Origin: Candidatus Shapirobacteria bacterium
Lineage (GTDB): Bacteria > Patescibacteriota > Microgenomatia > UM-FILTER-40-11
Assembly: GCA_020059745.1 (NCBI GenBank)
Contig: JAGVBK010000003.1
Span: forward strand, 68,492-132,491
Length of the DNA: 64,000 nucleotides
Direction: 5' to 3'
The notes under the pieces were generated by a model. That model searched no databases, was not told the DNA's origin, and saw only the letters and a program-made list of their open reading frames with translations. This document shows positions 1 through 9,150 of this stretch, piece by piece (position 1 is the first letter of the stretch; each line of letters begins with the position of its first letter). Position numbers and translations under genes: made by a program.

Positions 1-915
1 GCTGTTTTGGCAAGGGGGATGGTTGGGCTTTTAGTAATTTATTTAATCTCTCCCTGGAGGGTTGGCCTTGCTTTTTCCAAAGACTCTTTAAAAAGGCTTC
101 TTCGTTTTGGAGTTCCTTATCAAGCCAATACCATGATGGCAGTTTTAAAAGATGATTTAATGACAATCTTTTTGGGAAGGATTATCGGCCCTGTTGGCTT
201 AGGTTATTTGGGTTGGGCAAAAAAATGGGCAGAGCAGCCCTTAAGGTTTTTTATGGACAATGTTTCAAAAGTGGCGTTTCCTGCTTTTTCCCGGCTTCAG
301 GACGACAAACAAAAACTAACAAATGCCGTAGAAAAATCTTTGTTCTTTTTGGCTTTTCTTACTTTTCCGATTTTAGTCGGATTTTCTGTTTTGGCCTCTG
401 ATTTGGTAAAAATAATTCCCAGGTATTCAAAATGGGAGCCTGCGATTTTAGCGCTTTACCTTTATGCCTTTAACAGTGCTTGGGCAACTATTTCAACACC
501 AATGACAAACCTTTTAAATGCCACCGGAAACATTAAAAAGACTTTTAAGCTGATGGTTATGTGGCTTATTTTAACTTGGGCCTTAATGCCGGTTTTGGGC
601 TTAAGGTTAGGTTACAACGGGGTCGCAATTGCTGCTTCTGTTATTTCTTTATCTTCAGTCGTGGCAGTATTGGTTGCCAGGAAAATTGTCAGTTTTAATC
701 TTGTTAATCCTGTTTTAAAACCGCTTGCCGCTTCTTTGCTGATGGGAACGGTGATTCATTTCTTAAATCCCGGCTTTTCAAGTTTAACAGCCTCAATTGT
801 ATTCAGGCTCTTTGCCGGTGGGGTTTTATACTTTCTTTTTTCCTACCTTTTTATCGGAAAAACTTTATTTGCCGACATTGAAAAAGTTTACCTCGAGTTT
901 AAGAGAAGAAAATGA
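1..915 (+). CDS. Wzx/MOP-family oligosaccharide flippase (5' partial)
   Basis: Frame is open from base 1; multi-TM protein with 'LLRFGVPYQ...IFLGRIIGPVGLGYLGWA...VAFPAFSRLQDD', typical of polysaccharide-biosynthesis flippases. Confidence 0.85.
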   Translation, partial: AVLARGMVGLLVIYLISPWRVGLAFSKDSLKRLLRFGVPYQANTMMAVLKDDLMTIFLGRIIGPVGLGYLGWAKKWAEQPLRFFMDNVSKVAFPAFSRLQDDKQKLTNAVEKSLFFLAFLTFPILVGFSVLASDLVKIIPRYSKWEPAILALYLYAFNSAWATISTPMTNLLNATGNIKKTFKLMVMWLILTWALMPVLGLRLGYNGVAIAASVISLSSVVAVLVARKIVSFNLVNPVLKPLAASLLMGTVIHFLNPGFSSLTASIVFRLFAGGVLYFLFSYLFIGKTLFADIEKVYLEFKRRK

Positions 916-2594
916 CAAAAATTCAAAAGTGGCTTTTAGTTTTTCTTTTGGTGGCAGGAACCTTTTGCCAAAGCCTGACAATGTTTAGAAGCGGGCTTTC
1001 CTATGATTTTGGTATTGGGTTTTGGGGGGCAAACGGCCACGACGGAATTTGGCATCTTTCGCTAATTAATCAGGTTTTTTCAGGTTTTCCTCCAAACCAC
1101 CCAACCTTTTCAGGACATCTTTTAACTAACTACCATTATTTTTATGATTTGATTATCGGCTTTTTTAATAAGCTGACTTTAATTCCGGTAAAAACTCTCT
1201 ATTTTCAAGTTTTTCCAATATTTATATCTTTGTTTATTGGAATTTTATCTTTTTTGGTTGGCTACCGGATAAAAAAAAATTTCTGGACCGGTTTTTGGTT
1301 TGCATTTTTTAATTACTTTGGCGGCTCTTTCGGCTATTTTGTCACACTTGCCAGGGAGGGAAAAATCGGAGGTGAGTCACTCTTTTGGTCAATGCAGTCA
1401 ATTTCAACCCAGATAAACCCGCCTTTTGCTTTTTCTTTAGTTTTACTTCTTTTGGGAATTTATTTATTGCAATGTAAAAAAAGCTTTGTAAAAGCATTTT
1501 TTTTAATTTTAATTTTTGGCATTCTTCTTAATGTTAAAGCTTACGCCGGGGTTCTCGGCTTAACAGGTTTAGCGTTTTACACTTTTTTTTCATTTCTGAA
1601 AAGACAAGAAGAAAAAAAAGAGAATTTTCTTATTTTTGGTTTTGCAACTTTTTTAGCTTTTGGTTTGTTTTTTATGGTGAACAGCAAGGCAAATTCTCTT
1701 TTTGAATTTAAACCTCTTTGGTTTACCCGGTCATTAATTGAATCACAAGACCGGCTTTATCTTCCCCAACTTGCCTTGAACCTTCAATATTTAACCGCAA
1801 AAGGAATGGGGGTGAAGCGTTTTTTAGTTGAAGTTCTTGCCATTTGCTTGTTTGTCATTGGCAATATGGGAACAAGAGTAATCGGTTTTTTATCGCTTCC
1901 CAAAAGGGGTAAGCAAATTACGGGAATGGACGCTTTTTTACTACCGGCTTTGACGGTTGGATTTTTGGTGCCGTTTTTTTTCGTGCAAAAGGGGACCGCC
2001 TGGAACACCATCCAGTTTTTTTATTATTTTCTTTTCTTTATTAACTTATATGCGGCCCAAAGCTTGGCAAAAATTAGTCTTCAGAAAAAAGCAGGAGTTT
2101 TAGCAGTGTGTTCAGTCATTGTTTTAACCCTGCCGACCACGATTTCATCTTTAAAAAACTATACCGGCTGGCCGCCGCCTTCTGCCTTGCCCAACGAGGA
2201 GGCGGAAGCGCTTTCTTTTCTAAGGAAAAAAGAAAAAGGGATTGTTTTAACCATGCCTTTTAATAAGTATAAAAAGGGAAGTTACGACCAAACGCCGCTG
2301 CCTTTGCATGCCTATGAAAGCACGGCCTATGTTTCTGCTTTTTCTGAAAAACAAACCTTTTTAGAGGACGAAATGAATCTTGATATTTCCGGTTATCCCT
2401 GGAAAGAAAGAAAAGCTGATGTTGAAAAATTCTTTACTTCCAATGACCCTGTTTGGGCAAGAAACTTTTTAAAAGAAAACAACATCCGCTATATTTACCT
2501 TCCGGCAGCAATTGATTTGCCCAGCGATTTGGGTTTGGAGATGATTTTTGGGAATGAAGAATCGAGAATTTATGCTGTCAGTGATAAAATCTAA
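912..2594 (+). CDS. Multi-TM membrane protein, putative GT-C fold glycosyltransferase
   Basis: N-terminal loop 'GANGHDGIWHLSLI...LTNYHYFYD', many TM helices, C-terminal soluble domain ending 'FLKENNIRYIY'. Confidence 0.6.
   Translation: MTKIQKWLLVFLLVAGTFCQSLTMFRSGLSYDFGIGFWGANGHDGIWHLSLINQVFSGFPPNHPTFSGHLLTNYHYFYDLIIGFFNKLTLIPVKTLYFQVFPIFISLFIGILSFLVGYRIKKNFWTGFWFAFFNYFGGSFGYFVTLAREGKIGGESLFWSMQSISTQINPPFAFSLVLLLLGIYLLQCKKSFVKAFFLILIFGILLNVKAYAGVLGLTGLAFYTFFSFLKRQEEKKENFLIFGFATFLAFGLFFMVNSKANSLFEFKPLWFTRSLIESQDRLYLPQLALNLQYLTAKGMGVKRFLVEVLAICLFVIGNMGTRVIGFLSLPKRGKQITGMDAFLLPALTVGFLVPFFFVQKGTAWNTIQFFYYFLFFINLYAAQSLAKISLQKKAGVLAVCSVIVLTLPTTISSLKNYTGWPPPSALPNEEAEALSFLRKKEKGIVLTMPFNKYKKGSYDQTPLPLHAYESTAYVSAFSEKQTFLEDEMNLDISGYPWKERKADVEKFFTSNDPVWARNFLKENNIRYIYLPAAIDLPSDLGLEMIFGNEESRIYAVSDKI
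2582..2590 (+). promoter_or_regulatory. Putative extended -10 promoter (TGaTAAAAT)
   Basis: TGnTAnAAT match in the last codons of the upstream gene, 10 nt before ATG 2601. Confidence 0.4.
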
Positions 2595-2600
2595 ATAGAT

Positions 2601-3485
2601 ATGCCAAAAATATCAGTAGTCGTTAACACCTATAAAGAAGAAAAAAATATTCAAAGGTGTCTTGCGTCGGTTAAAGACTTTGCCGGGGAAATCGTGGTGG
2701 TTGACATGCATTCAGATGACAAAACAGTAGAAATTGCCAAAAAATATAATGCAAGAGTTTTTTATCATGACTATACTCGCTATGTTGAGCCGGCAAGGAA
2801 CTTTGCCATAACAAAAGCAAAAGGCGACTATATTTTTATTATTGATGCCGACGAAGAGCTTTCTTCTACCCTTGCTTCAGAGCTGACTCGAATCGCCAGA
2901 GAAGGGAAAGTTGATTATGTTGAGATCCCTAGGAAAAACATAATTTTTGGAAAATGGATAGAAAACAGCCGCTGGTGGCCTGATTACCTCATTAGATTTT
3001 TTAAAAAAAATAAAGTTAAATATTCAACCGAGATTCATGTTCCTCCTAAAGCTGAAGGAACCGCACTTAAGCTTGAGGCCCGCGGAGAGTTTGCCATTGT
3101 TCACCATAATTTTCAATCTGTTTTTCAGTACATAGAGAGGCTTAACCGTTATACCGATATTCAATCGGAGGAGATTTTTAAAAAAACCGAAGTTTTTGAC
3201 TGGAAAGATTTGGTGTTTAAGCCGGCGAATGAATTTTTTTCCAGATTTTTTGCCGCAGAGGGCTACAAGGATGGGCTTCATGGCTTGGTCTTAGCCTTAC
3301 TCCAGGCTTTTTCTGAATTTATTTTATATCTCAAAGTTTGGGAAAAGAAAGGCTTTAAAGAAGAGAAAATTAACGAGTTTAATAAAGTATCCATTAAAAT
3401 AATTAAGGATTATTTTTATTGGCTGGAAAGAACCACAAAGAACTCGCTTGAAAAACTTCGTTTAAAGATTAAAGCAAAAATTTAA
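2601..3485 (+). CDS. GT2 glycosyltransferase (WaaE/KdtX-like)
   Basis: 'ISVVVNTYKEEKNI..CL', 'VVVDMHSDD', 'IIDADEEL', 'WWPDYLIRFF', 'GYKDGLHGL'. Confidence 0.9.
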   Translation: MPKISVVVNTYKEEKNIQRCLASVKDFAGEIVVVDMHSDDKTVEIAKKYNARVFYHDYTRYVEPARNFAITKAKGDYIFIIDADEELSSTLASELTRIAREGKVDYVEIPRKNIIFGKWIENSRWWPDYLIRFFKKNKVKYSTEIHVPPKAEGTALKLEARGEFAIVHHNFQSVFQYIERLNRYTDIQSEEIFKKTEVFDWKDLVFKPANEFFSRFFAAEGYKDGLHGLVLALLQAFSEFILYLKVWEKKGFKEEKINEFNKVSIKIIKDYFYWLERTTKNSLEKLRLKIKAKI

Positions 3486-4903
3486 TGATTTTATTAATTC
3501 TTTTTGTTGCTGCACTGCTTAGGTGGTACGATTTGCCTAAAATGACAATTTTTTTAGGTGAACAAGGCAGGGATTTGATAATCGCAAATGACATTTTAAG
3601 CGGAAAATTAACTTTATTAGGTCCGCCAACAAGTATTTCCAATGTTCATTTTGGGCCTTTTTATCACTATTTTAATGCCTTTTTTCTTTTTCTTTTTGGC
3701 CGAGACCCCATTGGCCCGGCAATTGGTTTTTCTCTTTTATCCATTGTTTCCGTTTATTTAATTTATTCAACTGCGTCATTGCTGGGGCACAAAAAGGCAG
3801 GCTTGATAGCATCCTCTCTTTTTGCGATTTCTCCTTGGATGGTTGAGTACGGAAGAAGCACCTTTAACTCTTTTTTCATAACCTCTTTTTCTGCTTTTTC
3901 TCTTTGGAGTTTAGTTAAATTCTTAAAGACAGAGAAAAAAAATCAGTACTTTTTTCTTATACTTTCAGGGATTTTTGCCGGCTTGGCGGTTCAGGCAAAT
4001 TTTTTGGCAGCAGGAGTGCCTTTGGGTTTAGTTTTATTACTTTTATATAAAAAAATTTCTTTTAAAAAACAGATTTTTGCCTGGGGAGGACTATTTTTGG
4101 CAATTTTTCCATATTTAGCGTTTGAGTTAAGACATGATTTTTTTAATTTCCGCGCCTTTTTGTCTCTTTCGGGAGAAGGAAAGGCAGTTTCTTTTTCCTT
4201 CCTTGGGTTTTTGGGAAAGATTTTTTTTAATTTTTCAGAGGCAGTATATTTTTCTCTTTTTTATTCTTATCCCCGCCTGCTTACTGTTTTGGCGGCAGCG
4301 GCAATTGCTTTCGGTGTTTTTACCGTCTTTAATAAAAACCGGAAATCCGAGTTTTTGGGCTTAAATCTTTTTTTATTGTTTTCAGGTTTGATAGTGGCTA
4401 GCCTGTATCCTGGCCAAATTCTTGTTCATTATTTGGGAGCGCTTTACCCGTATATTTTTCTTCTGACGGGGATTATTTTTGAAAAGATAATTCTTGGAAG
4501 ACTTAAGTACTTGGGCTTATTTCTTTTGGCAAGTTTAGTAATCCTCAATTTAGGCAAAATAAGTTTCTCTCAGAAAAACATGCCCGAAGGCTGGGACTTG
4601 GAAGGCGTAAGAAAAACTTCCTTTATTATTGTTAATGATGCTGCTGGCGATTTTAACATTGCTAATCTTTTGGACGGCGATACCCGCGCTTACACCTACC
4701 GTTATTTTGTACAATTGGCAGGAAAAACTCCAAAGAGAGTTGAAGAGTATCCTGTCTCGGATACTTTGTATGTTATCGGAAGGGACACGGAGAATATTTT
4801 GAATTATCCGGTTTGGGAGATTAGCTCTTTCTTGCCGGCTGAGATATCAAAAAAATGGGCTATCAAAAACGGGATTAGTCTTTTTAAATTAGAAAAATTA
4901 TGA
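3485..4903 (+). CDS. ArnT/PMT-like GT-C glycosyltransferase
   Basis: 'LLRWYDL...GEQGRD...LLGPPTS...FGPFYHY', multi-TM. Confidence 0.75.
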   Translation: MILLILFVAALLRWYDLPKMTIFLGEQGRDLIIANDILSGKLTLLGPPTSISNVHFGPFYHYFNAFFLFLFGRDPIGPAIGFSLLSIVSVYLIYSTASLLGHKKAGLIASSLFAISPWMVEYGRSTFNSFFITSFSAFSLWSLVKFLKTEKKNQYFFLILSGIFAGLAVQANFLAAGVPLGLVLLLLYKKISFKKQIFAWGGLFLAIFPYLAFELRHDFFNFRAFLSLSGEGKAVSFSFLGFLGKIFFNFSEAVYFSLFYSYPRLLTVLAAAAIAFGVFTVFNKNRKSEFLGLNLFLLFSGLIVASLYPGQILVHYLGALYPYIFLLTGIIFEKIILGRLKYLGLFLLASLVILNLGKISFSQKNMPEGWDLEGVRKTSFIIVNDAAGDFNIANLLDGDTRAYTYRYFVQLAGKTPKRVEEYPVSDTLYVIGRDTENILNYPVWEISSFLPAEISKKWAIKNGISLFKLEKL

Positions 4904-5778
4904 TTTCAATTATTTCACCGGTTTATAACGAGAAGGAAAGCTTAAAAGAACTTTATCAAAGAGTTGCCGAAGTTTTTAAAGATAAAAAGTTTGAATTAAT
5001 TTTTGTGAACGACGGCTCAACCGACGGGTCAGGTGAAGTTATTGAGGAAATTGCCAAGAAGGATACAAAAGTCCGGCTTGTTAGTTTTAAAAGAAACCAG
5101 GGGAAATCGAAAGCTTTAATGGCTGGTTTTGAAGCGGCTAAGGGAGAAGAGATAATTACCATGGACGCTGATCTTCAAGATAGGCCGGAAGAGACTCCCA
5201 AGCTTATTTCCGAGCTTTCACGATATGATTTGGTTTCCGGTTGGAAGAAGAAAAGAAACGATCCTTTTTTAAGTGTTGTTTTTTCCCGGGTTTTTAATTT
5301 TGTGGTTGGTATCACTACCGGGGTTTATCTTCATGACATTAACTGCGGGCTAAAAGCTTACCGCCGGGAAGTAACGGAAAACATAAATCTTTATGGAGAC
5401 CTTTACCGATTCATTCCGGTGTTGGCGTCAAGAGAAGGATTTAAGGTTGGTGAAATTGAGGTCCAGCATGAACAAAGAAAATATGGTTCATCCAAATACG
5501 GTTATTCAAAATTTTTGCGCGGATTTTTTGATTTGTTTACAATTTTGTTTTTAACAAATTTTAAGTTAAGGCCGCTTCATCTTTTTGGCTTAATCGGAGG
5601 AGTTATGATTTTAATGGGTTTAATCGCCTGCTCATATTTAACAATTGTTTGGTTTTCCGGAGAAGCTATCGGAGGCAGGCCGTTGCTCTTTTTGGGCGTT
5701 CTTTTAATAATTTCGGGGTTGCAGTTTTTTTTATCAGGGCTTTTGGCCGAGCTTATTATTTATTACAAAGAAAATTAA
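4900..5778 (+). CDS. GT2 polyprenol-phosphate glycosyltransferase (ArnC/DPM1-like)
   Basis: 'SPVYNEKE', 'FVNDGSTD', 'RNQGKS', 'TMDADLQD', 'DINCGLKAY', two C-terminal TM helices. Confidence 0.9.
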   Translation: MISIISPVYNEKESLKELYQRVAEVFKDKKFELIFVNDGSTDGSGEVIEEIAKKDTKVRLVSFKRNQGKSKALMAGFEAAKGEEIITMDADLQDRPEETPKLISELSRYDLVSGWKKKRNDPFLSVVFSRVFNFVVGITTGVYLHDINCGLKAYRREVTENINLYGDLYRFIPVLASREGFKVGEIEVQHEQRKYGSSKYGYSKFLRGFFDLFTILFLTNFKLRPLHLFGLIGGVMILMGLIACSYLTIVWFSGEAIGGRPLLFLGVLLIISGLQFFLSGLLAELIIYYKEN

Positions 5779-5781
5779 TTC

Positions 5782-6360
5782 ATGAAGGAGAGCCAAGATA
5801 AAAAGAAGTACACCCATTTTATAAAAAGAAAGTTTGTAGATTTTTTTCTTAATAAAATCAATGAAAAGATTGATGTATTGGACGCGCAAAAGATTGTTGA
5901 TATTGGGTGTGGGGAAGGATACCCTGAAAGTTTTTTTCTGGAAAGAAAGCCAAATTTAAAAATTACCGGAATAGATACTAACGACCAGCATTTAAAAGAA
6001 GCAAAGAAAAAAAACCCGAAAGCAGAATACATAAAAGGAGATATCTATAATTTAAATTTCAATAAAGATTTTTTTGATTTAGCGATTGTTTTAGAAGTGC
6101 TTGAGCATCTTAAGGAGCCCAATGTTGCCGTTGGGCAAGTTAAAAAAATATCCAAAAAGGCGATTTTTTCTGTTCCTTACGAGCCTTGGTTTTCTTTACT
6201 ATCCTTTCTTGGCGGAAGTTATATTAAAAGCTTAGGTAGACATCCTGAACATGTGAATTTTTGGAATATTGAGTCTTTTAAGAAAATGCTTCTTAAAGAT
6301 TATGGTAAAGTTAATATTGAGTTAGCCTTTCCCTGGATAATTGCCGTATGCGAAAAGTAG
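5782..6360 (+). CDS. Class I SAM-dependent methyltransferase
   Basis: 'IVDIGCGEG', 'LEVLEHL'. Confidence 0.85.
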   Translation: MKESQDKKKYTHFIKRKFVDFFLNKINEKIDVLDAQKIVDIGCGEGYPESFFLERKPNLKITGIDTNDQHLKEAKKKNPKAEYIKGDIYNLNFNKDFFDLAIVLEVLEHLKEPNVAVGQVKKISKKAIFSVPYEPWFSLLSFLGGSYIKSLGRHPEHVNFWNIESFKKMLLKDYGKVNIELAFPWIIAVCEK

Positions 6361-7289
6361 CCTTAATAATTTTAAACTGGAACGGGTTTGAAATGACCCG
6401 CAATTGCCTCTCCTCAATTGTGAAAGCCGACGTAAAAGATTTTAATCTTGAGATATATGTTGTTGATAATGGTTCAACAGACGGAAGTACTGAGCGCCTA
6501 AGAGAGTTAATAGACAATTCGCTGATTACCGGTAACCGGTCACCGATCACTCTCAGGCTGATCGAAAACAAAGAAAATCTGGGGTTTGCGGAAGGAAACA
6601 ATGTGGGAATAAGAAAGGCTTTAGAAAATAAAGCGGATTATGTTTGTTTGCTTAATAATGATACCAGGGTTGATAAAAACTTTCTTGTTTTTTTAATAAA
6701 AGCGGCAGAAGAAGAAATAAATGCAGGAGTTATCGGGGGGAAAATTTATTTTGAAAAAGGATTCGAGTATTTTAAGGATAAATACAGTGAGAAAGAAAGG
6801 GGCAATGTTATCTGGTACGCCGGAGGGAAAATAGACTGGCTTAATGTTTACGCTTCCCATCGGGGAGTAGACGAAGTTGATAAAGGCCAGTATGAAAAAA
6901 GGGAAGAAACAGAATATGTTAATGGTTGCCTGATGCTGGTAAAAAAGGAAGTTTTTGAAAGAATCGGCCTTTTTAACCCCCAATACTATCTTTATTATGA
7001 AGAAAATGATTTCTGCCAACGAGCCAAAAAAGCAGGCTACAAGCTTTTTTATGAGCCGAAGTCAGTGATTTGGCACCTTAATGCCGGCTCTTCCGGCTCA
7101 GGTTCTGATCTTCACGATTATTTTTTGACCAGAAACAGAATGCTTTTTGGGATAAAACATGCTCCTTTCAAATCGAAAGCTGCTTTGCTAAAGGAGAGTC
7201 TTTGGATTTTAAGAAAAGGCAGAAAATGGCAGAAAAAGGCAATTTTGGACTTTTACAAAGGAAATTTAGGAAAAGGATCTTGGAAATGA
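6348..7289 (+). CDS. GT2 glycosyltransferase (WbbL/RfbN-like) with heptamer-encoded loop insertion
   Basis: 'IILNWNG', 'VVDNGSTD', 'NLGFAEGNN', 'LLNND', 'YYEENDFC'. Confidence 0.9.
   Translation: MRKVALIILNWNGFEMTRNCLSSIVKADVKDFNLEIYVVDNGSTDGSTERLRELIDNSLITGNRSPITLRLIENKENLGFAEGNNVGIRKALENKADYVCLLNNDTRVDKNFLVFLIKAAEEEINAGVIGGKIYFEKGFEYFKDKYSEKERGNVIWYAGGKIDWLNVYASHRGVDEVDKGQYEKREETEYVNGCLMLVKKEVFERIGLFNPQYYLYYEENDFCQRAKKAGYKLFYEPKSVIWHLNAGSSGSGSDLHDYFLTRNRMLFGIKHAPFKSKAALLKESLWILRKGRKWQKKAILDFYKGNLGKGSWK
6518..6552 (+). repeat. Heptamer array, family A (5 units), in frame
   Basis: ttcgctg attaccg gtaaccg gtcaccg atcactc; encodes SLITGNRSPIT. Confidence 0.8.
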
Positions 7290-8062
7290 AAAAAGAATTG
7301 AAACTGTCCGTGATCATTCTTACTAAAAATGAAGAAGACATTATTGGCGACTGTTTGGAGTCGGTTAAATGGGCTCCGGAAGTTGTTGTGGTTGACCATT
7401 ATTCTACCGACCAAACATTAAAAATCGTAAAAGAACACGGAATTAATAAGATTTATGTCGCAGACGAAAAATCCAGTTTTTCGGAAAGAAGGGATCTTGG
7501 TGCTCAAAAAGCGCAAGGAGAGTGGCTTTTATATGTCGATGCCGACGAGAGAGTAACACCGGTTTTAAGAAAAGAAGTTGAGGAGGTTATCAAAGATAGC
7601 AACTTTTCAGCTTATGCAATTCCAAGAAGAAATGTCAGGTTAACTAAAGAACTTCATTTTGGCGGTTGGTGGCCGGATTATGTTCTCAGGCTGATGAGAA
7701 AAGACAAGTTAAAAACCTGGAAAGGAGACTTGCACGAGCAGCCGGAAATTGAAGGAGAAACAGGCTATCTTAAGGAAGCCCTTGTTCATTTTAGCCACCG
7801 GGGCAGCTTGGAACATAAGTTTAAAAACACGATTAATTGGTCAAAGATTGAAGCCCAAAAAATGTTTGATGCCGGGCATCCACCAATGAATGTCAAAAGA
7901 TTTGTTTCTGCCATGTTTAGAGAGTTTTACAAAAGAGCAGTTAAGCTGCAGGCTTTTAGGGACGGAACAGAAGGGATAATTGAAGCTTTTTATCAGGTTT
8001 TCAGCGTCTTTATAAGTTATGCCAGGCTTTGGGAGATGCAAATTGAGTCAAAAAAGAAATGA
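7286..8062 (+). CDS. GT2 glycosyltransferase (WaaE-like)
   Basis: Start moved to ATG 7286 (ATGA overlap with upstream stop); 'SVIILTKNEE', 'LYVDADE', 'GGWWPDY', 'LHEQP'. Confidence 0.9.
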   Translation: MKKELKLSVIILTKNEEDIIGDCLESVKWAPEVVVVDHYSTDQTLKIVKEHGINKIYVADEKSSFSERRDLGAQKAQGEWLLYVDADERVTPVLRKEVEEVIKDSNFSAYAIPRRNVRLTKELHFGGWWPDYVLRLMRKDKLKTWKGDLHEQPEIEGETGYLKEALVHFSHRGSLEHKFKNTINWSKIEAQKMFDAGHPPMNVKRFVSAMFREFYKRAVKLQAFRDGTEGIIEAFYQVFSVFISYARLWEMQIESKKK

Positions 8063-9150
8063 AAAAAACAAGCACGACAAAAACACTTGGCATATTTGAT
8101 CCTTATTTGGATACTCTTGGTGGGGGAGAAAGGTACTGCCTTTCCCTTGCCGAAGCAATGCTTAAAAAAGGTTGGAAAGTGGATCTTTTTTGGCAGGATG
8201 AAACTATTAAAGAAAAGCTAATAGAGAGATTTGGTTTGGAAATTAAGCCTCTTGGTTTTGTTAGCTATTCACCGGGAAAATCTCTTTTTGAGAGAAGAAA
8301 ATTTGAAAAAAAATATGATGTTTTGTTCTATGTTTCTGACGGCAGTATTCCTTTCATGTTTGGAAAGAATAATTTTCTTCATTTTCAGGTCCCTTTTACC
8401 AACCTCTCAAAAAAACCTGTTCTAAATTCTATAAAATTAAAAAACATTAGAAAAATTATTTGCAATTCCGACTTTACTAAAGGCATTATTGATTCGGGCC
8501 TTAAAGCCGATTCTCTTGTCGTTTACCCTCCGGTTGACATTACCCCGCTTAAGCCGTTAAAAAAGGAAAACACTATTCTTTCTGTCGGCCGTTTTTCTCA
8601 GCTTTTGCAAGGGAAAAGGCAAGATGTTTTGATTGATGCTTTTAAGGTATTGGTTGATAGACATTCCATAAATAATTGGCAATTGGTTTTGGCAGGGGGA
8701 AGCGAGATAGGAGGAAAGGAATATGTAGAAACGCTTAAAAATTTGGCCAAAGGATATAACATTTTGATTATTGAAAACCCTCCTTTTGCCGAGCTTCTTA
8801 AGCTATACGGAAAAGCTAAAATTTTTTGGACTGCTTCAGGGTTTGAGGTTGATGAAGAAAAAAATCCGGAAAAAGTTGAACACTTTGGCATGACAACCGT
8901 TGAGGCAATGGCAGCCGGGTGCGTGCCTGTAGTTATGGCAAAAGGAGGGCAAAAAGAAATTGTAAAAGAGGGTGAAAACGGTTTTTTGTGGTTAGCAAAA
9001 GAAGAGCTTGTTAAAAAAACTCTTGAGATTGCCGGTAACGGCCAATTAATGAAGAAACTGTCAGAAAATGCTATCCTAAGGAGTGAAGCCTTTTCAAAAG
9101 AAAAATTTTCCGAAAAAATTTATCAAATTTTCGAGAATGAAAGAAAGTAA
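8059..9150 (+). CDS. GT4 (GT-B) glycosyltransferase
   Basis: 'LGGGERY', 'SVGRF', 'EHFGMTTVEAMAAGC'. Confidence 0.9.
   Translation: MKKTSTTKTLGIFDPYLDTLGGGERYCLSLAEAMLKKGWKVDLFWQDETIKEKLIERFGLEIKPLGFVSYSPGKSLFERRKFEKKYDVLFYVSDGSIPFMFGKNNFLHFQVPFTNLSKKPVLNSIKLKNIRKIICNSDFTKGIIDSGLKADSLVVYPPVDITPLKPLKKENTILSVGRFSQLLQGKRQDVLIDAFKVLVDRHSINNWQLVLAGGSEIGGKEYVETLKNLAKGYNILIIENPPFAELLKLYGKAKIFWTASGFEVDEEKNPEKVEHFGMTTVEAMAAGCVPVVMAKGGQKEIVKEGENGFLWLAKEELVKKTLEIAGNGQLMKKLSENAILRSEAFSKEKFSEKIYQIFENERK

Noticed and set aside
1271-1279. Poly-A/poly-T tracts (A9 here; many others) as phase-variation switches
   Set aside because: Homopolymers are everywhere owing to Lys/Phe codons in an AT-rich genome; no frameshifted gene seen
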